Assembly: GCA_964016885.1 (NCBI GenBank) | Contig: OZ024741.1 | Coordinates: 129,890,001 to 129,954,000, forward strand | From: Eledone cirrhosa | Taxonomy: Eukaryota | DNA: 64,000 nt | Reading direction: 5' to 3' | In this document: one piece after another, positions 13,552 to 26,019 of the stretch | Layout of the letters: the number at the start of each line of letters is the position of its first letter | Numbering within the stretch: position 1 is the first letter of the stretch | Program-made: the position numbers and the translations under genes | The notes under the pieces: generated by a model | The model's database searches: none | What the model was told of the DNA's origin: nothing | What the model saw: the letters and a program-made list of their open reading frames with translations, nothing else

Positions 13552-15598
13552 TGTTATCTTTATTGGCGACTAGGGCCGAAAACAAGGGATAATATAAATG
13601 GACAAGGACAGTTAATAAAGGACAATGAAATAAAGGACAATGAATTAAAACAGATCCAAAACCTCCCTAATTTCCAAGAGCACCCAAGAAAGATGGCACC
13701 TTACTCCCTGAAATTTCCAGCCGACAGGCGGATAATCAGAGTAGGCCCATTTATTCGGACCGTCCTCGCTAAATTCACTCACCTTTTAACAAATGTACTT
13801 TCAGCTACGTCTGACAGCACATCCCTGCCTGTGGAGTTTGTATCGGATTGGCAGAGCTCCCACTCCCTCCAGTGGCACTGCCAGGCCAGAGATTTCTGAA
13901 AAGTAACCAACCATCGGTCCCGAACTGAATGTCCTCTGGAACAGACTGGATAATTCGTTCTCGTCGATGCCTAGTCTCCCCGAGAATGTCGTCGCACTTG
14001 TCCGCCTATAAACTTCTATAGAAGGCTAAGGGGGAATCTCCACAGACCGAATTGCCCGATGGTAGAGGGCTTTGAGCACTTAACAACATTTCAGATACCA
14101 AGCGCCCAGACTCGGTCTTCGCTTGAGCTAGAATTGCAGCTTAGTCGAAGAGACGAACTGCGGATCAACATGCTTTACAAATGGCAACCACACTTGTTCA
14201 CTGTTTAGAAACATCTGCAAGGACCGTAGCCTCAGCTCGTTTGCGCATAATCAGTCATGGCATGTTTATCCATTTTGGCAGAGTGTTGATAGAAGATGGA
14301 CTGCCTTTGCAGTGGAACCTGTCCCTTCCACAAGAAATGAAAGAACAGGCCCTCCAATCTAGTGAGGCGTAGATTCAGGCAAGGCACGAACTCTCAAGGA
14401 TAGTTTCCTCTCGGGCCCGTTTTTGGGTGAGAGTGGCCACCATGTTCGTTACACCATGTCAGTTCTTAGCCTCTTGGAGGTCTGGACCACGAAAGTCAGA
14501 AGAGAAGAGAGAAGGCATTCTTGAAGGACCGAGCGCTTTATCAGGAACGTTTTCGACAGGTGACCATTTACTTTGACCACCAGGCAGATGCCTCTGTGCC
14601 TTGCAGTGATCCAACCTATGAAGAGATGACTGAAGCCGGCTGCCTTGAGGCCTACCACTAGGTACCGATGGTCGACCCTATCGAAAGCTTTCGATTGATC
14701 CATATTGATCAGAGCGTCACCGAAGCCAGGTTAACTTCCTACCCAATGTATGATGTATCGCATGAGGTGGCGATTTTTTGTATGGACATGGTCGGAATTA
14801 CGCAATTCTGTGCCTCCTCTACTAGACTCTTGACGACAAGCGCCAACATCTTCACTAGCACCTTGACCAAAATCTTAAACTCTGTGTTGAGCTGAGTTAT
14901 GGACTGAACATTGTCAATAACGTTCTACTTGATTTTGTCTTTCCTCGTCAACGTTATTACGCTCCAATTCACAAAACTAAGAATTTTCCTATTCTGCTGC
15001 CAGTCCCAGTAGACAGTTTCGAGGACATCAGAGAAGTAGTCTGGCATGTCTACGTCAAATTCAAGGCTATTCAAACCGGGCGATTACCACATTGTATAAC
15101 TGACTAGAGCTTCTCGTATCTCGGCTGCTATTATCAGCTTTTCGCAGCACTCCTCACCAGTCGCCGAGAATCGCAGCAAGTCGTCGAGGGAGGAACTTTA
15201 GTCCAATACCATCTCCGATACCCCGCTCGGCTCGAACACTCGCACAAAGTACTGTTGAAAAGCCGCACATATCTGCTTAGAATAGAGCAGTATGCGCTCG
15301 TCTCGTTCCATCAAAGACAGAATTGTGTCCTCGTTTCCACGCTGCGCCTCTGTCACTCAGGCCCATCGAACAGCTTCCGTTCCCTTGTTTCTTAGAGCAT
15401 GCGTCTTAGCTCTGACAATGCAACCTTCATGTTCTGCATTGAAGAAATGGCCTGGTGCCATTCTCTAAGCTAAGACGTAGGTTGCAATGCCTCTCCTAAT
15501 CGCCACTTCTAATTTAGCTACTAACTCCCCCTTCTTTCTATTGTTTCCCTCTCGCTACTTCTTCACTAAATGCTATTGATTCTACACTAATTGATCTC
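13552..15598 (-). mobile_element. Degenerate Tx1/L1-clade LINE ORF2 remnant (older subfamily)
   Basis: RT motif DQSKAFDRVDHRY (ORF 14449-14703) and colinear similarity to the intact element at 18-21.6 kb (e.g. HEGCIVRAK at ~15400-15435). AATAAA on the minus strand at ~13560. Many stops and deletions. Confidence 0.85.
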
Positions 15599-15599
15599 T

Positions 15600-15634
<35 letters not shown>

Positions 15635-16071
15635 AAGAGATATATGTTTGATATATGTTTGATATATATATTTTTGCTTTGTTGATTTTGTCGTCCCTCT
15701 TCTTCCTTATTGAGAGTTGAGGAGGTGCTAGTGTCTGACAATGGTGGCGGGTCAAGTAAGTTTGTGTCTTTGTGAGTGTTTGGATATTTCTATCCGTAAA
15801 CATTTTTTCCGTTTCTTCCTCTTCTTACTTTCCTCTATTTTTCTATTTCTTCCATCTCCCGTACTCTTTTTTGATGAAGTCTAGCATCTGAAACGTTAAG
15901 CGATAAATTAACATGTCATTATACTGTACCGTTCTTTTATGTTGTTTTCCTCGTTGACTTATCGCATACACACTTACATAAATGCATACATACATACGTA
16001 TATACATACATCCATACGTACATACATACATCCATACGTACATATATACATACATGCATATATACATAATA

Positions 16072-16701
16072 CATGATGGCTTCCCCCTCGTTATCGAGTA
16101 TGGCCATTGCACGATATACCATTATTAATAATTATTAATTAATTCTATCGTGCAATGCCTGTGCGTGAAGATATTTTTTAAAGTGAGGAAAGACTGTGCA
16201 CTGAGCCAATCCCACTCTCTGAGCGACAGTAGCTATAACCCGAAAAGAAGAAAAGATCAACATCATCGGTAACTACTGAGCCGCAGGGTTTATATCGGAG
16301 TTATCCCAGTTTTTTGAGTTGCCTTCTCCTAGAAGAATTCTCTGAGAAAGGCTAGGGGTCCTTCACTCCCAGTGGTTTAACCGCGCGATCGGGTGTCCAG
16401 CCCGACTATTTCTATGTCCCCGTGCATATACATACACATGCACCCATGTATATACACATATACATATACATACATATGTACATGTGCATAAACATATTTA
16501 CACTCTTTTGAATGGCCGTTGACTCTTATGAGTTCTTCCGCCCTTTGTCAGGTTTTGTTTTTTGTCCTGCTGGGTGTCCAAAATTACCCTCCTCCCCAAG
16601 TAAACTTGGTGGGGTTGCCTGTTTAGTCGCCGACGACCCGACCATGCGACAGGTTGTACTGGGTTACATGCTACCAGTAGCACTCAAGAGTGACCCGACA
16701 T
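16072..16701 (-). mobile_element. Non-coding interspersed repeat (SINE-like or RTE-5'UTR-like), copy 1
   Basis: End-to-end reverse-complement match to 39313-39852, with ~90 extra bp at ~16390-16495. Flanked by TA/TACA repeats. Confidence 0.8.
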
Positions 16702-17050
16702 ACTACATACATACATACATACATGCTTACATACATAGATGTACCTATTTTCTGAAAAACGAAATGAATTAAGGGTATGCTGTACGTGTATATATATATA
16801 TATATATATATATACATGTGTGTGTGTGTGTGTGCGTGTGTGTGTGTGTGTGTGTGTGCGTGTGTCTATACATGTGTATGTGATGTGTGTGTACACAGAT
16901 ATAAAAAGAAAGACTGATACAGAGACCTACAAGACAGAATGTGTCTTGTAGATAATATGACTGAGAGACTAAGAAGATATCTATCTATCTATCTTTCTTG
17001 GTTTCTTCCTAGCTACATGCGGGAGAGAGTTCCCTCTCTTCCCCCACCCC

Positions 17051-17184
<134 letters not shown>

Positions 17185-17635
17185 TATGTAGAATGAGAGA
17201 CTGTCTGATTGTATATGATATCTATAAACAGTGAGTGAGCGGAGAGGTGGGGAGAGAGCTCCTTGAAATAGCATGGGAGCTATTGATGACTCATGTACAT
17301 ATGAAGGAATCTAGTAGTTTCAGACGGAGATACTGTGGCGGGATAGTGGTGGTGGTGGCGGTGAAGTTATATGCTTGTCAGACACAAAACTCCAAGGGTA
17401 CAGCTTACCCCTGTCTCAGTTTTGTTGTGGTTTACTTTAGGAATGGATGAGTCGCTGGGGTGGTAACTTGGTGGGGTGGGGGTGGGGTATAGAGGGGGGG
17501 CAAACGAAGGTATGTGGTTGTATATGTATGTGAGTGTGTGTATGTTTATGATATAGTCGTGGTGGGTTATGTGTGTGTGTTTGCAAGTTTATTGATGTAA
17601 ACTATCCCACTTATATATATATACATACATACACG

Positions 17636-17675
<40 letters not shown>

Positions 17676-18226
17676 CATAAATGCATGCATATATACATAC
17701 ATTCGTACGTACATAAATACTTACGTACATACATATATGTATAATGACGAAATGAATCATCAACCGCAAACCAATTATATATAAATATATATATGTGTGT
17801 GTAAAAATGCGCACTTATATATTCTTTTTTCCTGAAACCCACAACTCCTGATGTATTGGTATCGGTGCCTTTGTGACATTTGAGCTATTTTAGTTCGGTG
17901 GAGCCCATTTATTCCCAGGTCTGAGTATAATCGCTTTTTACTGGAGAAAGGGCGAGATATATGATAAAGTTAAAGATAGATAGATAGATAGATAAATTTC
18001 TATTTATTTGCCACGAGGGCACAAAAGAAGGGGACATTTACACAGTGGGGGAGTTTACATAAATCGAGTAAAGAAAAAAGGAATAACAATAATAATATAA
18101 CAATAAAAAGTCCTCAAAAGGGAGGGGGCGTGTTGGGGATTGCACATACCCCCGAAAAGTGTGCAACTCTTTTCGCGGGGGAAGCCCAGAGAGGAGGCGC
18201 TCCCCCTTTCCTCTTCACTTCTTCAC

Positions 18227-21200
18227 CTACAGAACAATGTAGAGAGAAGGCCCATTTACACGGGCCATTCTCGCTTCTTTCACCCACCTTTCATAAAACT
18301 GTCTGGGACCAAGCAGTTCTCTCTCCATCCTGATTCTTCTTCCGAAGTGGTATCGGAAGAAGTAAACCAGGTGATGGCCGGAGAGAAAGTCACCCGACCT
18401 CAGACCTTTCAGGCGCGTCCACCACACAACCTCTTTCATCATGGCTATTACGCACAGAAAGACCGCCTCTGCTTCATTTCTGAAGGGAGGAGGCGGCTTG
18501 ATGTTCACCACAGACTCGGCGGTTAATCGAATCGGCGCCACACGCGACAGCAGTCGTTCGACGTAGCCCCACAGATCGGCAACGCCCGGGCAGTGTACCA
18601 GTGCATGCGCAACGGTTTCCTCGTCGCGCACGCATCTGGGACAGATCTTTTTCGCGGGATCCCTGCCCGGGCGCCCGTGTCTGTAGAGCTTTTCTCGAAC
18701 GGGCAGAGCCCCCCGGTAACACTGCCAGGCTAGGGACCTCTGGAAGTTGTCCATGGGTCCCGGGCCGAAAGTTCTACCGAACAGGCTGGCCAGTTCGTCC
18801 TCCTCCATGCCTAGCGACTCTCCAAGGGTGTCGTCGCCCCTGCTAGCCACCAACCCTCTATAGAATGTTGAGGTGGATTCTCCACTGACAGTCGGGTCCG
18901 CTTGCCAGATAGCCGTGAGCGCCTGGGCACACTCAGTGTGCCAGTTGCCCAGTTTTCTCGGTCTTTGCTTCACCCAGGATTGCAGTTCGGTGAGCGAGAC
19001 GAGCTGTGGGAAGGCTCGCCTCACAAACGGGGCCCACACCGGCTGACCGTTGAGGAATACCTGTAGATGCCGTAGCCTCAATGCGTGCCTACGCATCAAC
19101 AGCCACGGCATACCCAGCCCTCCTTTCGAAGGGTGCTGGCAGCAGATGGATCTCCTCACCATGGGAGGCCGCTTCTTCCAGAGGAACTGGAAGAGCATGC
19201 GTTCCATGATGGTGAGCTTTTCCTTGGGGCAAGGCACGACGGTCAGGCGGTAGTAGATGACGGACGCTATGTAAGCGTTCGTCACCTCCGCCCGACCTTT
19301 CAGTGATAGTTTGCACTTGGCCCACTTCTGGGTCAGCGCAAACACCCTGCTCGTCACCTCGCCCCAATTCTTCTCCACCTGGAGGTCCGGTCCGAACCAG
19401 ACCCCGAGCAGCTTCACCGGGCCCTCCGTCCACCGCCCGACGACACCGTCTAACGGCATCGGTTTGCCCCTCCACGTTCCGAGTTGCAAACCGACTGACT
19501 TGTCCTGGTTCAGCTTAGCCCCCGTCAGCCTTTCGTATTCCTCCAGTAGGGTGGCGATCGCCCCGATTTCCGAGGCGTCCGCCACCATTACTGTTACGTC
19601 GTCGGCATAGGCCGAGACCGCTTTGTGCAATCCCGGTTCCAGGGGTATGCCCCGCAGCAACTCCAACTTCCGCAGCAGTGGCTCGAGAGTCAATACGTAC
19701 AGAAGGGAGGAGAGGGGGCACCCCTGTCTGATGGATCGGGTGATTTGAAACGGCTCCGAGAGGTAGCCGTTTACTTTAATCCTAGAGTAGATGTTGCCAC
19801 TGTGCATGGCAGAAATCCAGCCCCTGAAAACGGGTCCGAAGCCCGCCGCCGCTAGCACCGCATCCAGGTAACCATGGTCGACCCTATCGAACGCCTTAGA
19901 TTGATCCAAGTTGATCAGGGCCCCACCAAAGCCGGGTTCGTAGCCAACCCTCTCTATGATGTATCGCATGAGGTGGAGGTTGTCGTGAATGGACCTGGAC
20001 GGGATAGCGCATGTCTGCGCGTCTCCCACCAAACCACCCACCACAAGCGCCAACCTCTTCGCCAACACCTTGGCCAAAATCTGTAACTCTGCATTCAGCA
20101 GAGTTATGGGCCTAAAGTTACTTAAGTCGTCCCCCTTGCTCTCGTCCTTCCTCACTAGCGTGACCACGCCCTTGGTCACAGAACAGGGAATTCTCCCGTT
20201 CTGTTGCCAGTTGCAATAGACAGCCTCGAGGAGTTCGGAGAACAAGACCGGCATAGCCAAATAAAGTTCGTATGGTAGACCATCGAGACCCGGGGATTTG
20301 CGTCTGCTGCATTGGCTGAGCGCTTCCCCGATTTCAGTGGCTGTGATTGGCCCTTCGCAGCACTCCGCTTCGCCGCTCGAAAGACGCGGTAGACCGTCGA
20401 GGTATGGACCGAAGTCCACATCCCCGTCCGGCCCCCCGCCACCTCCGAACAGTCGAGCAAAGTGCCTTTGAAAGGTCTCGCACATTCGCTCAGGTTCAAG
20501 GATCACCCGTCCATCCTGGTCTCGCAAAGACCGAATGGTGGATTTAATCCCACTCTTGGCTTCTGTCACGCGGGCCCAGCTAACAGCTTTGGTCCCCTCG
20601 TTTCCTAAAGCACGTATTTTACTTCGGACAACGCAGCCTTCGTGCTTCGTGTCAAAGAACTGGCTCAATGCCGTTCTCGTCGCTAACACTCTGGCTACGT
20701 CTCCGCTCCTAATCGCCTCTTCTAGTTTATCTGTTAACTCCCTTTCCCTCCTATTTCTATTCGCCGCTAGTTCCTTACTGTAACCTATCGAACTTACTCT
20801 AATCTCTCTCTTTAGAGATATCCACCACCTACTGTTGACGATCGCTCCCGTCAACCGCATCTTAACTAAGCTACTAATCCGGTTTCTGTAATCTTTCTTT
20901 GTCGGTAAGGACAAGTTCATCTTCCAGTAACCGGGACCCTGTCTATGCGTTCTATCAAGGTTGACCACGCAGGTCACTAATTTGTGATCTGAATAGCCAA
21001 CCATGATCAGTTCTGGACAACTAAATACGTCCCTATCCTTACTCCTAACCAAAAACCTATCTAGGTACGATCTAGATTGTCCACTGCGGTTTGCCCAGGT
21101 CCAGGTTGGCGCAGTTGGACAATCTAGTCGAAATCTATCGACCAGGTCGAATCGATCGAGTAACCCCTTGAGGCTGCTACACCCCCCTCTATCGGGACAT

Positions 21201-21664
21201 GCCCCTGCATAGTCCCAACGCGCATCTAGGATTCCATTCCAGTCCCCCACTAAAAGCAGGGAACGCGACGTTCCTAGAAAAGTCTCCAGACGTTGGAAGA
21301 AGTCGGCTCTCTCCGCCCCGAAGGGAGCATAAAGACCGACCAGTCTGAAAGCCCCGCCTTCACCACCTCCGACGTCCAGCACCAGTAATCGACCCCCCGG
21401 GTCCGAGTGAACAATCTGTACGTCGAGAGTTAGACGTTTATCCAGCAGTACGGCAACTCCCCCCCCGCCTCCGGGTTGACAGAGAGATGCGTGCATCTCA
21501 AAGTCATCGAAGGCGGGCGCCAGCTGTCTCACGCTGCTGATCCGACTCTCGCAAACAACCATCACATCTATACTTTGTGACCTGAGGTCACTTAGAAGCT
21601 TTGCTTGCTTCCAAGCTGAGCTCAGGCCACGCGCGTTCAAACAGCCAACTCTCAATTGATCTAT
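18227..21664 (-). CDS. LINE ORF2: APE endonuclease + reverse transcriptase + C-terminal CCHC zinc finger
   Basis: EN motifs CLNARGL, VCES, GDWNG, YLDRF, SDHK. RT motifs KSPGLDGLP, FRPITLLN, LDQSKAFDRVDH, IRQGCPLS, YADD. Zn finger CPRC...HALVHC. The frame is uninterrupted, but the expected initiator reads ATA (21662-21664). Confidence 0.95.
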   Translation of the reverse strand: MDQLRVGCLNARGLSSAWKQAKLLSDLRSQSIDVMVVCESRISSVRQLAPAFDDFEMHASLCQPGGGGGVAVLLDKRLTLDVQIVHSDPGGRLLVLDVGGGEGGAFRLVGLYAPFGAERADFFQRLETFLGTSRSLLLVGDWNGILDARWDYAGACPDRGGCSSLKGLLDRFDLVDRFRLDCPTAPTWTWANRSGQSRSYLDRFLVRSKDRDVFSCPELIMVGYSDHKLVTCVVNLDRTHRQGPGYWKMNLSLPTKKDYRNRISSLVKMRLTGAIVNSRWWISLKREIRVSSIGYSKELAANRNRRERELTDKLEEAIRSGDVARVLATRTALSQFFDTKHEGCVVRSKIRALGNEGTKAVSWARVTEAKSGIKSTIRSLRDQDGRVILEPERMCETFQRHFARLFGGGGGPDGDVDFGPYLDGLPRLSSGEAECCEGPITATEIGEALSQCSRRKSPGLDGLPYELYLAMPVLFSELLEAVYCNWQQNGRIPCSVTKGVVTLVRKDESKGDDLSNFRPITLLNAELQILAKVLAKRLALVVGGLVGDAQTCAIPSRSIHDNLHLMRYIIERVGYEPGFGGALINLDQSKAFDRVDHGYLDAVLAAAGFGPVFRGWISAMHSGNIYSRIKVNGYLSEPFQITRSIRQGCPLSSLLYVLTLEPLLRKLELLRGIPLEPGLHKAVSAYADDVTVMVADASEIGAIATLLEEYERLTGAKLNQDKSVGLQLGTWRGKPMPLDGVVGRWTEGPVKLLGVWFGPDLQVEKNWGEVTSRVFALTQKWAKCKLSLKGRAEVTNAYIASVIYYRLTVVPCPKEKLTIMERMLFQFLWKKRPPMVRRSICCQHPSKGGLGMPWLLMRRHALRLRHLQVFLNGQPVWAPFVRRAFPQLVSLTELQSWVKQRPRKLGNWHTECAQALTAIWQADPTVSGESTSTFYRGLVASRGDDTLGESLGMEEDELASLFGRTFGPGPMDNFQRSLAWQCYRGALPVREKLYRHGRPGRDPAKKICPRCVRDEETVAHALVHCPGVADLWGYVERLLSRVAPIRLTAESVVNIKPPPPFRNEAEAVFLCVIAMMKEVVWWTRLKGLRSGDFLSGHHLVYFFRYHFGRRIRMERELLGPRQFYERWVKEARMARVNGPSLYIVL

Positions 21665-23497
21665 TTTGGTGTTGAAAGTGAAGAAAGAAAAGCACTTACC
21701 TCTCCGGGTTGCGTAATTTCCATGGCATCAGGTGTGTTGGGTGGAGGGATGTTTTGTGGTGGTGTGGGGGTACACGTGTGTGGTGGGGTTGGGGTATTTG
21801 GAGTTGTGTCAGGGAGAGGGGCGGTTATGGGGAAATCTTTCAAGAGGACGCGATTCAACGGTTTTAAACAGGGGGGGCTCACGTCCCGTCTAAATTGTTC
21901 TTTTAAGGAACGATAAAGGTCCAGAGGGACCTTTATCATTTTTAAATGGGTGAAGTTCTCTGTTGAGATAAAGTTTGGCCCTTCGGTCTGCACCATAGGG
22001 TTATTGTTTATTAATTTAACCAGTTTTTTGTTTTCTTTATTTATATATGTGTATTGCAACGTCTTTTTTTGTGATGCTGTCAATGTTTCGGAGAGGGGAG
22101 GCGCAGATTTATTTTTGTTTGTTGAGGGTGGGGTGTTTTTGATTGGAGTTGGTGTTTGTGTGTGGGTTATTTGTGGTGTGCTGGGTGTGTGTTTTCTTTT
22201 TTTTCTTTTAACTTGTCTGAAGGCTTCTCCTCCTTCTTCTTCAGAAGTTGGGGGAAACTCTTCAGCGCTAGGTGGGAGGGACGTGTTGTGTGGTTGTTTT
22301 TTTTTTTGCGGGAGGGGTAGATTTGTTACTGTTTTTTTTATTATTTGTTTGGAATGGGTTTTGTGGTGGTGGTGGTGGTAATGTTTGTGTCGTGCTTGTG
22401 GTTGGTAATGGTGGTGGTGATGTTTGTGTTGTGGTTGGTGGTGGTGATTTTTGTGTCGTGCTTGTGTTTGGTGCTGGTGGTGGTGATGTTTGTGTTGTGT
22501 TTGTGGTTGGTGGTGTCTGTATTTTGTTTGCTGTGTGTGGTATTAGTGTATTTTTGGAGGTGGGTGGTGCTGGTGTACTGTTTGTGGTGGGTGTGGGCAA
22601 TAGTCCTTTTTGGGGGATACGTTTCGGGCAGTTAGCCTTAACGTGTCCCCTTTCCATGCATAAATAGCATGCTGGTCTTCTCCCCTCTACAATTATGTCT
22701 ATTGGGGTAAGGTCATCCAGCCAGATGCGATCCGGGATTTGTGCTATTCTTTCGGGCCTCATTTGGACTAGTATGTCGAGGCCCATTCCCAGGAACGCAT
22801 CTCCAGTTGCCTTCCCCATTGACAGCATAGTGTCTTCGCCCATATCAATGAAGCCAGCAATAGCCCACCAGAAGTCCATTGTGGGCAGCATTGTTTTTAC
22901 TTTTACCCTCTGTGTTCTTCTACCCATGTAGGAGGGATAGAAGCTATATGTTGTCGACGAGAGTGGGCTTAGGGAAAGCTGAACCGCCGTTTCTTTGTCT
23001 CTTGTTAGGACCGAAATGCTGCCATAGAGTCGGTCCTTTCGTATGAAGAGAATATTCTTCATATAGTCTTTTAGGACTAACTCTATTTCCATTTGGCTGG
23101 GCTGTGCTGGCTTTCTTGACTGGTTTAGTATAGTTCTGTATATAACTGTGTTTTCTTCTCTGGCTTTCTTGAATTCTGGGGGGGAGTTAATGGAAAACAT
23201 TCCGTTCTCTCCCAAAACAATATGTTTCTTTGCTTCGGCCAGTTTTTCTCTGGCGGCAGTTAGGTCAATTGGTGTGTATGTAATGGATTGCTTTGTTTTC
23301 TGGGCGAAAGTTGCCCTGTCGTTATTTGTATTATTTTCTGTTTGTTTGTTTTCTGTTTGCTCATTTTCCTTAACATTTGTTTTTTCATTTTGTTTGTTTG
23401 TTTCAATGTCTAATTTTGTTGTAATTATTTTTTGTTCTTCAGACTTGGGGGGCGTGGCAGAGCTAATGGCAGACATGTCTGCCATCTTTTCCGCCAT
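21661..23497 (-). CDS. LINE ORF1 (gag-like zinc knuckle protein), split by a 1-nt indel in an A11 run
   Basis: CYLCMERGHVKANC knuckle and Pro/Thr-rich linker. Removing one A from the run at 22297-22307 joins ORF 22268-23524 to ORF 21661-22083 without stops (…KKKQPHNTSLPPSAEEFPPTSEEEGGEAFRQVKRKKRK…), giving ~610 aa. Confidence 0.85.
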
Positions 23498-23698
23498 GCT
23501 GCCAAGAAAGAAATTTTTCGGCAAAAATAGATATTTATTTTACCCCCTAAAAAGGGGGTAAATGCAAAAATGTTTCCCTAAATAACAGGGGTTAGTGTTC
23601 CAAATGTGTTGCACTAAAAATTTTATCCGGTACTTACAATAGTAAGGGTAAATCCCGATGGAATAGCGGAGCCGATGCGAAGCGTGTCTTACTCTATC

Positions 23699-23730
<32 letters not shown>

Positions 23731-24024
23731 GGGAGTATGAGAGAGAGATTAGGGGGTAGAGAGAAATATAAGAGAGTAAGTAAAAGAGAAAAGCAATATC
23801 GATACTTAGTCAACTAGAACGTTATTTATCACCTTGGAAACGATGAAATGTAAGGTGCCAGTATTTGACTTCCTACTGCAAGGCATCTGACACTCCCATG
23901 ACAGTCAATTCGCCACCTTGGCCAACTCTGCCATCCACCAATAATATTTATGAGTTCAGATCCCGCCATAGTCAACTTTGCCTTTCATCTTTCCGAGGTC
24001 GATAACATAAACTGTTAATCAAGT

Positions 24025-24660
24025 CATTTATTCAATCAGCTCTCTGTAGAGCATAGGCCATTGATGACCTCTGCCGTTGTAGACGACCCTAGGTTGTTCT
24101 CACCACTCCACTCCAGTTGGCTTCCAGTTTTCTTAATTCAGCTTCTGTGTTACGCCTTCAGCTGCGCAGATCTGACCTTTTTTCCTCTTACCCTTCAGGT
24201 TTCAGGTCAGAGTTTGGTATGGGATGTTGGATGCTGCTTTCCTGAGGGTATGTCCTATCCAGCCCCACTTCCTCTACAAAATCTGCTTTGCCACTGGTTC
24301 CTATCCCACTGGTTCCCACAGATCTTTGTTTCTGATCTCCTCCGGCCATTTAATATTGTATATGCGTCCCAGACAGGTGTTGAAGAATATCTGGATCTTC
24401 TGCCGCACCTTCTTTGTTGTCCTCATAGTTTCACATCCGTACAAGAGTACCACCTTCATGTTGGAGTTGAAGATGCGTGGTTTAGTTCTTGGGCAGATAT
24501 CTTTTGATGTCCAGACGTTCTTTAGCATGATGAAAGCTGCTCTTGCCTTGCCAATCCTGGCTGTGATATCTCGGTTGATTAACCACATTTTCCTGATAGA
24601 CAATTGACTCCACCTCTATGATGGGTTCTCCACCGACTGTGACTGTATTGCGGTTGAATT
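24025..24660 (-). mobile_element. RTE-clade LINE 3' fragment
   Basis: DITARIGKARAAFIMLKNVW…IFNSNMKVVLLYGCET is the typical post-RT region of RTE elements. Confidence 0.85.
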
Positions 24661-25686
24661 AGTCATTAGTCTACTTTATCCTTCTCCAAAATTTGCTGGG
24701 AGAGGGAGCTCATGATAATACTGACGCAATTAAATTATTGTCATTTTATTTCAATCATCACAGATGGATAAAATGACAGCTGAACCTAGTCAGGATATGA
24801 ACAACTAACATAAAAGCAAACGTTTTCAAGCCGTTTGCCCTGTTAATGCAAAGGTTAGCCTTGTGTGCTCACGAAAAGTTTCACGTTTATCATGGAGTCC
24901 CTTTCGAATAATTTATCGATCTGCTAAATTTTTCGCTAATTATTAATTGAACCATTTGAGAGTTCATTTATCAAACTTCATAAAATATTTTATTGAAGAT
25001 CCTCTTACCTACGATAAAATAAGAGATCAATTGTACAAACTTAAAACTAGAAAAGCCCCGGTCACTGGTGAGATTGCCAGAGTGCATTTACCTTCGTATT
25101 TTGCGATACCTTTCTTTATGAAGACTTTAAGTACAAGCTTAAAAGAAATCTAATACAGAAGTTGTCACTTATTCGTATGAAGGAGAAAGGGGTGTTTCTA
25201 GTTAAAAAAGAAGCTTCTATCGTTGGTTTTCCTAACATTAAACTGAATCAGTGTGGCAAATGTTACCATGAGGTTCTACGTGAAGCACTGAACAAACTCC
25301 ACAGTGAATGAACCAACGTTGTCACCCGACCAAACGTCGGTAGTGATCACTTTGAGAAGGGTACTTGGAGGAATAGGGAAGATATTTCATACCAACCTGT
25401 TACTGATAAAAATTCATCAACATAACTAAATTACATGTGTAAAGTGCTTCTTCTGAGATAGCAACGACTCCTTTGCCTGGAGACATGAGAGCCAATGCTC
25501 CCTTTCCAGTTATTAAAAAAAAAAAAAAAAAATGCACGTAAATTCAGCAAAGAAACTAGAATACTCTAAAATTTATGTGTAAATGGCTGAACCTTCCACT
25601 GACACGTGTACTTTTAAGGTAATGCTGATAATGATTTAACGTGATGGTGTGTGACAAGATTGATTATTTGAATTACAGTTACAGTT

Positions 25687-26019
25687 TGTAGCGCTCTCTA
25701 GACAGGGAAGTAGTTAGAGTTACTTCCCGTCGAAAGTCTAGAACCCTCTTTTGCAACTTCCGGAAAGAGGTTATAAATAGCGGTAACACAGCCAGCTCTT
25801 TCTCTCTTTGGCGCCTTTCCTTCGAACCGACAACACTGAAGATGAACATGTTAATCACGGGCTTGGACTATACCTAAATATGTACGAGGATATTTGTGTA
25901 CAACAATTATAACGGAGTTATAATAAAATGAAGACTTGTATTCGATATGGTGTTTTGTAAATATATCTTATCCTTTTCTGTATAAAAATTAGTAGTTAGA
26001 TTCCGGTGATATTTACTCA
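25687..26019 (+). mobile_element. Possible solo LTR within a minus-strand SINE remnant
   Basis: TGTAGC…TACTCA ends, internal TATAAATAG at ~25772 and AATAAA at ~25922. No clean target-site duplication found. Confidence 0.25.

Larger units (their letters stand above)
17995..23700 (-). mobile_element. Full-length Tx1/L1-clade non-LTR retrotransposon inserted in a (TATC)n tract
   Basis: ~200-bp 5'UTR, ORF1 with CCHC knuckle, ORF2 with APE endonuclease, RT and Zn finger, and a 3'UTR with AATAAA but no poly(A). (GATA)n lies on both sides (17975-17994 and 23701-23728). Confidence 0.95.

Noticed and set aside
21661-21699. GTRAGT…pyrimidine tract…AG mini-intron between ORF1 and ORF2 (also at ~61268-61304)
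   Set aside because: Only 37-39 nt long, and splicing would not fuse ORF1 to ORF2 in frame in the full-length copy. It is explained by conserved Val-Ser-x-Phe codons.
18130-23561. Plus-strand and off-frame ORFs overlapping the Tx1 element (likewise within 56-63 kb)
   Set aside because: Antisense or shadow frames of GC-rich retroelement coding sequence, with no domain motifs.
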